64,000 nucleotides of DNA. Origin: an uncultured Candidatus Saccharibacteria bacterium (GTDB lineage Bacteria > Patescibacteriota > Dojkabacteria > J137). Made by a program: the position numbers and the translations under genes. How positions within the stretch are numbered: the stretch's first letter is position 1; every line of letters starts with the position of its first letter. Location: NCBI GenBank assembly GCA_965230975.1, contig OZ246402.1:444667-508666 (forward strand), written 5' to 3'. Below the pieces are notes generated by a model. The model was not told where the DNA came from. It did not search any database and saw only the letters and a list, made by a program, of their open reading frames with translations. Positions 1 through 8,641 of the stretch are shown one piece after another.

Positions 1-14
1 CTTAAAATTAAGCA

Positions 15-1451
15 GTGGTTGAATTTAATCATGTAACAAAAATTTACGACGGTAATATTATTTCTGTAGATGATGTTAGTTTTAAAATAGATAAAGGTGA
101 GTTTGTTTTTTTGATTGGTCCATCCGGTAGTGGTAAAACTACAATCATAAAAACATTAATTAGAGATGAACTCCCTACAGAAGGAAAGATTTTTTTTGAT
201 GATGTAGATATTACTAAGATTAACAGAAGAAAGGTCTATAAATTAAGACGAGAGATTGGTGTAATATTTCAAGATTTTAAATTAGTTCCAGATAAAACTG
301 CATTTGAAAATGTAGCTTTCGCAATGGAAGCTGCGGGTAAAACAACCAAAGAGATTAAAGAAACCGTACCTTATGTTTTAGATATTGTAGGGCTTGCTAA
401 TAGAATGGATTCTTTCCCAAGACAATTATCTGGTGGTGAGCAACAAAGAGTTGCTATTGCAAGGGCTATTGCAAATAACCCAAAAATATTAATTGCAGAT
501 GAACCAACTGGCAACTTAGACCCGGCAAGCGCTTGGGATATTGTTCAAGTTTTAACAAAAATTAATAATTGGGGCACAACAGTAATTATGTCTACTCATG
601 GCACAGATATTGTTAACTCTTTAAATAAAAGGGTTATTCAAATGGAAAAAGGTAAAATTATTAGAGATGACAATAAAGGCCAGTACGAAATGATCAGTGT
701 TTTTGAAAATGGTGTTTTAGAATCTGAGAAAACAGACAAATCTGAAAAGAAAGAGAAAAAGAAGTCTAAAAAAACATACCAGGTAAAATTAGAAGATCCA
801 CAAGAAGTTATTACCCAAATAGATGAAGAGGTTCAGCCAAAAGGTAGATTTTTTGGAATATTTAATAGATTTAAAAAGAAACATGAATCTAACGAGCCAA
901 TTACAGAGATTTTAGATAAACCAGCCACAGAGCTATATACAGAAATAGAGAATCCAGAAATTGAAAAGTTAAAAGACAAGTCAGAAGAAATTGAAACTAG
1001 TTTACCGCAAACATCTGAAGATTTGACAGTTAAAGAAATGCTAGAAACTACTCCAACTTTGCCAGAACAAACAGAGAATTCAAATGAGCAATTAGAAAGT
1101 AAAGATGAAAAAAAAGACAAATCTCACAAAAAGGAAGAACAGTCTGAAATAAAGCAATCTGTGATAAAAGAATCAAATCAATCTGAAGAATCAATTATCC
1201 CTTCAGATAAAGATTTAACTTGGTCAGATGAACAGGTTGAATCTTTTTTAGAAACTTCAAAATCTATAAAAGTAGATTCCCTAGATTTGCCAAAGGCTGT
1301 AATTAAAGATTTAAAAGCAGCAGGTTATAAAGAGGTTAAAAGCATTATTGAAGCGGGTCCAAACAAATTAGCACAAAGTTTATTAATTGACCCAGAAGAG
1401 ATAGTAATGGTATCTAAGGCAATTAAAGAATTGCTATCAAAATCAAAATAA
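15..1451 (+). CDS. ftsE: Cell-division ABC ATPase FtsE fused to a ~250-aa K/E/S-rich low-complexity C-terminal extension ending in a helix-hairpin-helix-like segment
   Basis: N-terminal 220 aa have Walker A GPSGSGKTT, the ABC signature LSGGEQQRVAIARA and Walker B ILIADEPTGNLD, and are followed by ftsX. Residues ~225-478 are low complexity with a C-terminal LDLPKAVIKDLKAAGYKEV...IDPEEI motif. The GTG start lies 15 nt from the window edge. Confidence 0.85.
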   Translation: MVEFNHVTKIYDGNIISVDDVSFKIDKGEFVFLIGPSGSGKTTIIKTLIRDELPTEGKIFFDDVDITKINRRKVYKLRREIGVIFQDFKLVPDKTAFENVAFAMEAAGKTTKEIKETVPYVLDIVGLANRMDSFPRQLSGGEQQRVAIARAIANNPKILIADEPTGNLDPASAWDIVQVLTKINNWGTTVIMSTHGTDIVNSLNKRVIQMEKGKIIRDDNKGQYEMISVFENGVLESEKTDKSEKKEKKKSKKTYQVKLEDPQEVITQIDEEVQPKGRFFGIFNRFKKKHESNEPITEILDKPATELYTEIENPEIEKLKDKSEEIETSLPQTSEDLTVKEMLETTPTLPEQTENSNEQLESKDEKKDKSHKKEEQSEIKQSVIKESNQSEESIIPSDKDLTWSDEQVESFLETSKSIKVDSLDLPKAVIKDLKAAGYKEVKSIIEAGPNKLAQSLLIDPEEIVMVSKAIKELLSKSK

Positions 1452-1482
1452 AGTTTTAATAATTAAAATTTAATTTAAGAAT

Positions 1483-2550
1483 ATGTTCACAAGAATTTTA
1501 AGTAACACTCGAAAACAAATTGCTAGAAGTGGCTGGGTAGGTTGGGCATCTGTAAGTGTAATGACTTTAGCATTCTTGGTCGCAATAATTTTTGGAGGGC
1601 TAGCTTATATTTCTAATTTGTATATTCAATTTATAGAAACAAAAAGCAATTTGCTTGTTTTTTTTGAAGAGGGAATGGATAGAGATATTATTGATAGACT
1701 AAGGGAAACCTGGAGGCAAAACCCTAGAGTTAAAGACATTGCATATACAACTGAAGAGCAAGCTTATATAGATTATAGCGATTATACATCTAGGGTTTTG
1801 CCCGAAACGTACGCTATTTTAAAAACTAAAGAAAATAAAGTTTTACCTTCAAGTTTAGATATTCAAATTTGGTCATTGGACGATATTGAAACTTTAAAAG
1901 CTGATATTCAAAAAGATATAGATAAAGAATTAGCTAATTTGAAAATCATTAAAAATGTAAGTAGTGAGCAACAAAGTACAGAAACCGTTTTACAAACAGA
2001 AGAATCAACTCCGGTTTCTTACGTTAAAGATGCATCAGAAGATGTAGTATATAAATATCAAACTGACCCTGCAAGGGCTCCAATAGATTTAAGGGTGGAT
2101 GATAAAAATTTAGATCAATTAAGAGAGGTGCTAACAGCACTTAGAGTTGCAGGGATTTTTGTAATAACTCTTTTGTTTATTGTAATATTCTTTTTCACAT
2201 TCATGACTGTAGAATTTAGGTTATACAATCAAATGGAAGAGATAGGCGTTATGCAATTAGTAGGTGGAAGCCTGTTCTTTATTAGGGCTCCTTATATTTT
2301 AGAAGGAGGATTTTATGGGATTGTTGGTTCCTTACTTGCCTCTACAATTATTGGTTCAATAATAATTGGAGTATTTGTTTTAGACCCAAATTCAGTTTTG
2401 GCAAAGTTCTTTTTTGAAAACTTTAGTAAATTGCCGTGGCCTTATATAACATCTTTAGGTTGGGTTGGTATAGTTGCCTTATTAGCTTTAATTGGTTTAC
2501 TGCTTGGTTGTGTTAGTAGTATGTTGTCTATAAAAAGATATATTAGATAA
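1483..2550 (+). CDS. ftsX: Cell-division permease FtsX
   Basis: Immediately downstream of ftsE. One N-terminal TM, a large extracytoplasmic domain and three C-terminal TM helices (FtsX topology). Confidence 0.8.
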   Translation: MFTRILSNTRKQIARSGWVGWASVSVMTLAFLVAIIFGGLAYISNLYIQFIETKSNLLVFFEEGMDRDIIDRLRETWRQNPRVKDIAYTTEEQAYIDYSDYTSRVLPETYAILKTKENKVLPSSLDIQIWSLDDIETLKADIQKDIDKELANLKIIKNVSSEQQSTETVLQTEESTPVSYVKDASEDVVYKYQTDPARAPIDLRVDDKNLDQLREVLTALRVAGIFVITLLFIVIFFFTFMTVEFRLYNQMEEIGVMQLVGGSLFFIRAPYILEGGFYGIVGSLLASTIIGSIIIGVFVLDPNSVLAKFFFENFSKLPWPYITSLGWVGIVALLALIGLLLGCVSSMLSIKRYIR

Positions 2551-2625
2551 TTTTAAAAACTAATATTGTTGACTTTGAATTAAAAATTAACTAATTTATA
2601 AGTAACAATTATTAAAAAAACTACA

Positions 2626-3024
2626 ATGAAAGATATTTATTTAGCAGTTAGAAATACAATATTGTTTTATTTTATAGCCTTACTGCTTGGATCTTCTATA
2701 GCAATGCCTCAAAGTTTTTCTGAAAAGTTTTTTGTGGGTTTGTTTTTTGGGATAGCAATCACTTTAATTCCTCATATACTTAAGTTTTTCAAATTACCTG
2801 TAAACACCGGCTCAGTTTTATTACTTTGTATTATTATAAGTTTTATATTTTTTGTAACAGCTTCTTACATGCTTTCTTTAATAGATTTTACAAGCAAATT
2901 ACCAGATTTGTTTACCTTTATGGGTTTAACGGCATCTGCAGATAATTTAATGAGTATAGTTTACGCAACAATTATTGCATCACTAGTTGTGGTTGGGTTT
3001 GATACCTTAGAAAAAAACGCGTAG
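2626..3024 (+). CDS. Small polytopic membrane protein, function unknown
   Basis: Four predicted hydrophobic helices. ORF only. Confidence 0.45.
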   Translation: MKDIYLAVRNTILFYFIALLLGSSIAMPQSFSEKFFVGLFFGIAITLIPHILKFFKLPVNTGSVLLLCIIISFIFFVTASYMLSLIDFTSKLPDLFTFMGLTASADNLMSIVYATIIASLVVVGFDTLEKNA

Positions 3025-3089
3025 CAATTAATTGTCTTTGTGGATCTTGTAACATCTGCTAAAATTAGATCATTTTAATAATATAAATT

Positions 3090-3329
3090 ATGGATATAGT
3101 ATCAATCTTAAAATACCTACTTATTGTAGTTGCAGTTCTGTTATCTGTAAGTGTTGCTTTGCAAAATAGATCAGGTGGGTTAGGTACTGTCTTTGGAGGT
3201 TTTAGTGGTGGTGAATTTTACAGATCAAAAAGAGGTTTAGAAGGACTTCTATACAATTCTACAATAGTACTTGGTATACTGTTAGCAGTAATATCTATTG
3301 CAATTGCTATAGCTGTATCAAATGCTTAA
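3090..3329 (+). CDS. secG: Preprotein translocase subunit SecG-like
   Basis: 79 aa with two TM helices flanking a Gly-rich loop (LQNRSGGLGTVFGGFSGGEF), matching the SecG pattern LQxGKGxGxGxxFGG. Confidence 0.6.
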   Translation: MDIVSILKYLLIVVAVLLSVSVALQNRSGGLGTVFGGFSGGEFYRSKRGLEGLLYNSTIVLGILLAVISIAIAIAVSNA

Positions 3330-5301
3330 CCCAATAATCCTAATAGAAAAACTACTGTATTTTATAAGAGATGCTTTTTGGAATTATCCAGACCTTATTC
3401 TAGAAGATTCTCCTACTAGAAGAAAGATAATTAGGTCTTATACTTTATCAATTCCATATTCGCACTTTGCATTATCTGCGTTTGTTTGTTTAATTTGCAT
3501 TGTTATCTTTTTTACTCCGTTTAGATTGCCGGTTTTTGGTTCTGTTCAAAATAAAATAATAGAAGGGGTTATTATGGGTAGTGATAATTTGAATAGACCT
3601 CAAAAGTTATCAAAAATAAATCCATTATTACCTACAAATATTCAATTAGAAAAGGATATTGTAGATTTAATTTATGAACCACTCATTAAATATGAATTTA
3701 TTCAAAAAGATGATGGTACTTACGCAACTCAAATTAGAGATCAGTTAGCTGAAAGAGTAACATTAATTCAGCAAGGTGCAGACTATCAATTTGACTTAAA
3801 GCAAGTAGTTAAGTGGCATGATGGTAGATCTTTTACAGCTGAAGATGTTATTGCAACATTTGATTTACTTTCGTCAATGCCAGAAACAAATGCTTATGTA
3901 AGAACATTAAAACAATTAAATTGGCAAAAGGTAGATGACTATACTGTAAGAATATGCACAAAGTCAGAAACCAGCGAGCTTGAAAATTGTGATAAAACAA
4001 AAAATAAAAGAAAAATATCTAATTTACTAGAGCTTATTAGTTTTAAGATAGTACCAAAACACAGAATTCAAGATATTACACAAGCGAATTTTGAGACTAG
4101 TCAGCCTCAAATTTATAGATCTCCAGTAGGCACGGGTAAATTTAAATATTTCAACTCAGATGACTATACAATTACACTTACAAGAAATCTAGATTATTAC
4201 GAAAGATCTTCTAAAGGCCAAATTAATACAATCATATTTAAATATTACAAAGCTTTAGAAGATGGAGTTAGGGCAATTCAAAATGGAGAGGTGCACACAT
4301 TATCTTCAAGTTCGATAGAGTATTTAAAACAGATGGAGGATTATAATAATATTAATATAAATTTAAGCCCTGTTTTATTTAATCAATATTGGTCTTTATA
4401 TTTTAATCTTGCAAAAAACCCGGACGGAAATCCAAAGGCCCAAAGCTTCTTAACAGATGTAAAAGTGCGACAAGCAATCTCTTCTGCTATAAATAGAGAA
4501 GAGATAATAAAAGCTGCACTACTAAGTGTAGGGGAGGAAGCTTTGGGCCCAATTAACAAAGAGTCTGATTTTTTTAGTGATTCGGCAAAATGGTATAGAT
4601 ATAATTTAGAAGTTGCCAAATCATTATTAGATGAGGCTGGGTGGACTTTGAAAAGTGGTTCTAAGTACAGAACTGATTCTACGGGTACAGAAATGTCTTT
4701 CTCTTTGTACTTTGTGAATTCTTTTGATAGAAGTGCAGTTGCTAGAGTAATTAAACAAAATTTAGAAAGTATTGGAATAAATGTAATTATAGATAGAAAA
4801 GAGCAACCAGGTCAGTCTACAGTAAATCCGGACGTAGATGGTTGGAGTCTTTCAGAGTTGAGTACCGAAATTCTAGCTCCAAAATCGTTTGATGTAATTT
4901 TGTATGGAATAAATACATTTATTGATCCAGATAGGTATGAGCTATTTCATAGTTCTCAATGCGATTTTCCTAAACTTAATTTCTCTTGTTATATAGGTAG
5001 TGCTATTACTGTAAAACCAAATCCAAATAGGCAATCTGCGAGTGATCCTTCTACAGTTACTCTTCCAAAGGTAGATGAACTTTTAGAGCGGGGTAGGGCT
5101 AGAGATCCACTATTAGAAAACGATAAGCGTTTGTTAGATTATAAAGAGATGCAAGATTTATTGGCAGAAGATGCGCCGGTAATTTTTTTGTATCACCCTA
5201 AATTTATATACTACTCAAATTCTTCAATTAAAAATATAAACCTGCAAAATGTTTCTAGCTTAGAAGAGAGATTTAGAAATATTGATGAGTGGAGTATTTA
5301 G
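3322..5301 (+). CDS. Family-5 solute-binding protein (OppA/DppA-like ABC substrate-binding protein) with an N-terminal membrane anchor
   Basis: Motifs VDLIYEPLIKY and KWHDGRSFTAEDVIATFD are typical of SBP_bac_5. N-terminal TM segment. The true start may be an internal Met (MGSDNL). Confidence 0.6.
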   Translation: MLNPIILIEKLLYFIRDAFWNYPDLILEDSPTRRKIIRSYTLSIPYSHFALSAFVCLICIVIFFTPFRLPVFGSVQNKIIEGVIMGSDNLNRPQKLSKINPLLPTNIQLEKDIVDLIYEPLIKYEFIQKDDGTYATQIRDQLAERVTLIQQGADYQFDLKQVVKWHDGRSFTAEDVIATFDLLSSMPETNAYVRTLKQLNWQKVDDYTVRICTKSETSELENCDKTKNKRKISNLLELISFKIVPKHRIQDITQANFETSQPQIYRSPVGTGKFKYFNSDDYTITLTRNLDYYERSSKGQINTIIFKYYKALEDGVRAIQNGEVHTLSSSSIEYLKQMEDYNNININLSPVLFNQYWSLYFNLAKNPDGNPKAQSFLTDVKVRQAISSAINREEIIKAALLSVGEEALGPINKESDFFSDSAKWYRYNLEVAKSLLDEAGWTLKSGSKYRTDSTGTEMSFSLYFVNSFDRSAVARVIKQNLESIGINVIIDRKEQPGQSTVNPDVDGWSLSELSTEILAPKSFDVILYGINTFIDPDRYELFHSSQCDFPKLNFSCYIGSAITVKPNPNRQSASDPSTVTLPKVDELLERGRARDPLLENDKRLLDYKEMQDLLAEDAPVIFLYHPKFIYYSNSSIKNINLQNVSSLEERFRNIDEWSI

Positions 5302-5972
5302 GCTTCTTGGTTTTTTCTATGAGCACTCCCTTTAATAACTAGAGGGTATTTAGAAATCCTCTTGTTAAATGCTGTAAAATTAAAATTAACTCTGTTTAAA
5401 CCATCTTTACTAATTTGCTCGGAAAATTCATCGTCCTTTAACTTTTCATTTATTGCATGGAAAAACCTTAGCAGTATTGTATCTAAATCGCGCATTAGGT
5501 TTGTATGTAAAAGTGCTTTTATATCAGGGTCATTTAGTATTTTCCCTATTTCCAAAAAATTGTTAAGTAAGTTTATTATCGGAAATAGTTGTTCAAAATA
5601 TTTAGGCGTAATTCCAGAAAAAAGAGTATTTTTAAAAAGATTTATAAACTCTTTAATTAATTCCTCTATGGTCTCAAGGTTTACTACATCGGGGGTTTTT
5701 AAGTGACTAAAATCAACTTGGCTAATTTCTTGGCACCCAAATGCGTTAAGGGTATAAATCATTTTTTCGTAAGGAACATGCTCAATGTCAATTTGGATAA
5801 TATTTCCTTTAGAAAGTAAGTACCCTGTTGTGCCCTTTATTCCAACAAATTCCCAGCTATGAATATTCCCTCCTTGGTCTGTGAATGTCGTTTTTTTATT
5901 CAACAACATTCTATAGGCATCGATCCTATCTTGAACGTTGGTGTAGTAAGAATCTTCTTGTAGCATATCCAT
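5298..5972 (-). CDS. Hypothetical protein
   Basis: 224-aa ORF with no recognisable motif. Confidence 0.5.
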   Translation of the reverse strand: MDMLQEDSYYTNVQDRIDAYRMLLNKKTTFTDQGGNIHSWEFVGIKGTTGYLLSKGNIIQIDIEHVPYEKMIYTLNAFGCQEISQVDFSHLKTPDVVNLETIEELIKEFINLFKNTLFSGITPKYFEQLFPIINLLNNFLEIGKILNDPDIKALLHTNLMRDLDTILLRFFHAINEKLKDDEFSEQISKDGLNRVNFNFTAFNKRISKYPLVIKGSAHRKNQEA

Positions 5973-6096
5973 TGTGTGATTTTAACTTACTAATCGCTAT
6001 GATTCAACCTGTACAATGCTTGTGCTCGTCGGTAATATGAAAGTTATTTCGGGTGCGTTTTTACATTTGTAGTGTATAATCCCTTCATTTATTAGT

Positions 6097-6681
6097 GTGT
6101 ATATGGTTGATATCCTTGAATCTCAAAATATTAAGCAAGGTTTAGATTATCCTAAGGTAATCTTTGAGAATGCTATGAATATTTCCAGGACTGGAAGTCA
6201 GTTAAGAATGTTACACCAGCTCTCAAAGGATGAGCGTTTGTTTGATTTATGTAGAAGGGTTTTTGACGTTTATTTTGATAATATCCAAGAATTTAGAAAT
6301 TTACGCTACGAAAGGCAGGTTGCAAGTATTGATTTTTTAAAATTAGAATTAGCAAAAGACTCTGATCCATCTTTATTTGAAAATTCCCAGCTTGCGTTTA
6401 CCGAAGATTGGTACTTTCTTATGGAGAAATATGAGGATTTGTTATACCAATCAGGTCTCAAAAAAGAGGACTTTGCTTATCTTCGTGAGTGTGGTTTTAT
6501 AACCTTAATAGGCACACCACGAGGCGTATTTGAAGCTTTATCTTTTATGTATTTAAGTACTATCTTCTATCATATTAGAGATTTTAAAAGGTTTAGTGTT
6601 TTATGTAGAAGTTATCTAGAGAATTTGCATTCACAAGATAGATATTTGGCTTTGAGCAACCAGTTTCCTATAGAAGAATAA
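6097..6681 (+). CDS. Hypothetical protein
   Basis: 194-aa ORF, divergent from the previous gene, with no recognisable motif. Confidence 0.5.
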   Translation: MYMVDILESQNIKQGLDYPKVIFENAMNISRTGSQLRMLHQLSKDERLFDLCRRVFDVYFDNIQEFRNLRYERQVASIDFLKLELAKDSDPSLFENSQLAFTEDWYFLMEKYEDLLYQSGLKKEDFAYLRECGFITLIGTPRGVFEALSFMYLSTIFYHIRDFKRFSVLCRSYLENLHSQDRYLALSNQFPIEE

Positions 6682-6781
6682 TCTCGATTATCTGTTTTTA
6701 AAATTTAACCACAACATCTTGTATATCTCTAAAAACTATACCCAATTTATGTAATTTTCATATTTTCTTTTGTATTTTCCC

Positions 6782-6810
6782 TTGACTATAAAAACATACA
6801 TCTTTATTAT
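6782..6810 (+). promoter_or_regulatory. Putative sigma70-type promoter of the mraZ operon (TTGACT-17 bp-TATTAT)
   Basis: -35 TTGACT at 6782-6787, 17-bp spacer, -10 TATTAT at 6805-6810, about 160 bp upstream of mraZ. Confidence 0.45.
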
Positions 6811-6835
6811 AGTGGTAGAAAGTGGTGATAAGTGG
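6811..6835 (+). promoter_or_regulatory. Three AGTGG direct repeats with 10-bp period; MraZ-box-like operator
   Basis: AGTGGtagaaAGTGGtgataAGTGG lies immediately downstream of the predicted -10. E. coli MraZ binds three GTGG-containing direct repeats with 10-bp periodicity near Pmra. Confidence 0.5.
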
Positions 6836-6972
6836 AAATTACTCAAGAAATGGTAGTATAATCAAATTAATAACTACTAAGTTGTTAAATAAAAGATTGC
6901 ACTTTTAACTGTTTTACTATTTTTCTTGATGAGTATTAATTATCTACTTACCCCTTATTCTAATTTACTAAT

Positions 6973-7398
6973 ATGTTAGTTGGTGAATATAGCACTCAAG
7001 TAGGTGAAAAGAATCGCGTAGCTATTCCTAAAAAGCTAAGAGATCAATTAAACGGACAAATAATCATAACCAGAGGTTATGAAAGATGTTTAATAATCGT
7101 AGATACCAAAAGGTGGGACGCCTTGATATCAGAAGTGAATTCAAGGCCTTTGCTATCTTTAAATGTAAGAGATACAAAAAGATACCTAATTGGTGGTGCC
7201 GTGGAGGTAGAATACGATTCTCAAGGTAGATTTGTATTACCCGAATCTCTAAAAGATTTTGGGAGCATAGAAGATAAAGTAGTTTTCTTAGGCGTAGGAG
7301 AATGGATTGAGCTTTGGAATGAAGATAGATGGAAAACAAAATTAGAAGATTTAAGTAAAAATGTTAGTGACATTGCAGAAAGGCTTGTACAAAAATGA
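6973..7398 (+). CDS. mraZ: Transcriptional regulator MraZ
   Basis: 141 aa with a duplicated MraZ fold. N-terminal GEKNRVAIPKKLRDQL matches the MraZ DxxxR signature. First gene of the dcw cluster. Confidence 0.85.
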   Translation: MLVGEYSTQVGEKNRVAIPKKLRDQLNGQIIITRGYERCLIIVDTKRWDALISEVNSRPLLSLNVRDTKRYLIGGAVEVEYDSQGRFVLPESLKDFGSIEDKVVFLGVGEWIELWNEDRWKTKLEDLSKNVSDIAERLVQK

Positions 7399-8309
7399 GA
7401 ATACACAAAAGCGTACTGAAACAAGAGGTGATAGATAATTTGCTCTTTAAAAAAGATGGTGTTTATGTAGACTGCACACTGGGTAGTGGTGGTCATTCCC
7501 TAGAAATACTAAATCGAATACAATCCGGTACTTTAATCTGTATAGACTCAGATGCGCAATCTATAAGTGACTTTGCAACAAAACTTAAAGAACTTGAATA
7601 TAAATTTGAGAATGGCATTTACCATAAATCAAATAACAAAGTAGTTTTGGTACAAAATAACTTTTCAAATTTAAACCAAATTTTAAGTGAACAAGGTTAT
7701 AACAAAGTAGATGCAATATTTGCAGATTTAGGGTGGTCTACGGATCAACTTAAAGGAATAGAAGGCCTTTCTTATGAAAATATAGAAGGGAATTTAGACA
7801 TGAGATTAAGTGATACCCTAGCTGTCAAAGCGAGCGATTTGTTAAATGGATTAGGTGCAAAGGCATTGAGCACTATGTTTCTTAAATATGCAGATATTTA
7901 CGGCAAAGATAATGCATTTTTAGTAGAAAGAATTTTAGCAGAAAGAAAAGTAAAACCGTTTAATAAAGTGAAAGACTTACTGCCAATTTTAGATAAAACA
8001 GCTCGTTCGGCCAACGCAAAAAGCTTTTATGCAAAAGTTTTTCAGGCATTAAGAATCGCAGTTAATAGCGAATATAAAAATCTTGAAGATCTTTTGAATG
8101 CAAGTTTGCAAAATCTAAATACGGGTGGTCGAATGTTAGTAATAACATTTCATTCTGGTGAATCTAGTATTGTAGAGGAATTTATTAAAAAAAATAACTT
8201 AGACTCACTATTTAAGAAAAATGGTGAAATTTATTTGGTGCCATCTGTAGAAGAACTAACAGAAAATTTAAGTGCACGAAGTGCAAAACTTTATGGTTTT
8301 ACAAAATGA
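7395..8309 (+). CDS. rsmH: 16S rRNA (cytosine1402-N4)-methyltransferase RsmH (MraW)
   Basis: GVYVDCTLGSGGHS SAM-binding motif. 4-bp overlap with mraZ. Confidence 0.9.
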   Translation: MRIHKSVLKQEVIDNLLFKKDGVYVDCTLGSGGHSLEILNRIQSGTLICIDSDAQSISDFATKLKELEYKFENGIYHKSNNKVVLVQNNFSNLNQILSEQGYNKVDAIFADLGWSTDQLKGIEGLSYENIEGNLDMRLSDTLAVKASDLLNGLGAKALSTMFLKYADIYGKDNAFLVERILAERKVKPFNKVKDLLPILDKTARSANAKSFYAKVFQALRIAVNSEYKNLEDLLNASLQNLNTGGRMLVITFHSGESSIVEEFIKKNNLDSLFKKNGEIYLVPSVEELTENLSARSAKLYGFTK

Positions 8310-8641
8310 ACAATAATAATTTTTTACAAAAACAAAATAGCATAAGCTTTAAAAGGCTTAACAGCAGATTACTCGCTTTAAATGCTATTTTAGTTCTAGC
8401 CTTTTTTGGGATGCAGGTATTTGTAACATCTTTTGTAGGTACAAAAACACAAGAAATTGATTTTACAAGAAATGCGAAAACAGAAATAAGGCAAGAAAAC
8501 AGTTTTCTAGAAGCAGAAATCGCAAAAGAAAAATCTGTCTCACAAGCACAAGATGTTATTACAAAATACAATCTTCAAGAAAAGGAGGTCAACTTTTTGC
8601 AAGAAGCTAACTTGCAAGGTGTTGCGTTAAAATATCCTTAA
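8306..8641 (+). CDS. ftsL: FtsL/DivIC-like cell-division protein (single TM plus coiled coil)
   Basis: 111 aa, one TM followed by a coiled coil. Sits between rsmH and ftsI with overlapping stops and starts. Confidence 0.5.
   Translation: MNNNNFLQKQNSISFKRLNSRLLALNAILVLAFFGMQVFVTSFVGTKTQEIDFTRNAKTEIRQENSFLEAEIAKEKSVSQAQDVITKYNLQEKEVNFLQEANLQGVALKYP

Noticed and set aside
833-1120. 95-aa minus-strand ORF inside ftsE
   Set aside because: Lies entirely within the low-complexity extension of ftsE on the opposite strand. Ser/Leu-rich mirror of a K/E-rich coding region; spurious.
4383-8571. Antisense or overlapping ORFs 4383-4619(-), 5362-5706(+), 7064-7339(-), 7221-7496(-), 8299-8571(-)
   Set aside because: Each is fully embedded in a longer, motif-supported gene on the other strand or frame (solute-binding protein, hypothetical 5298-5972, mraZ/rsmH, ftsL). 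No independent support.
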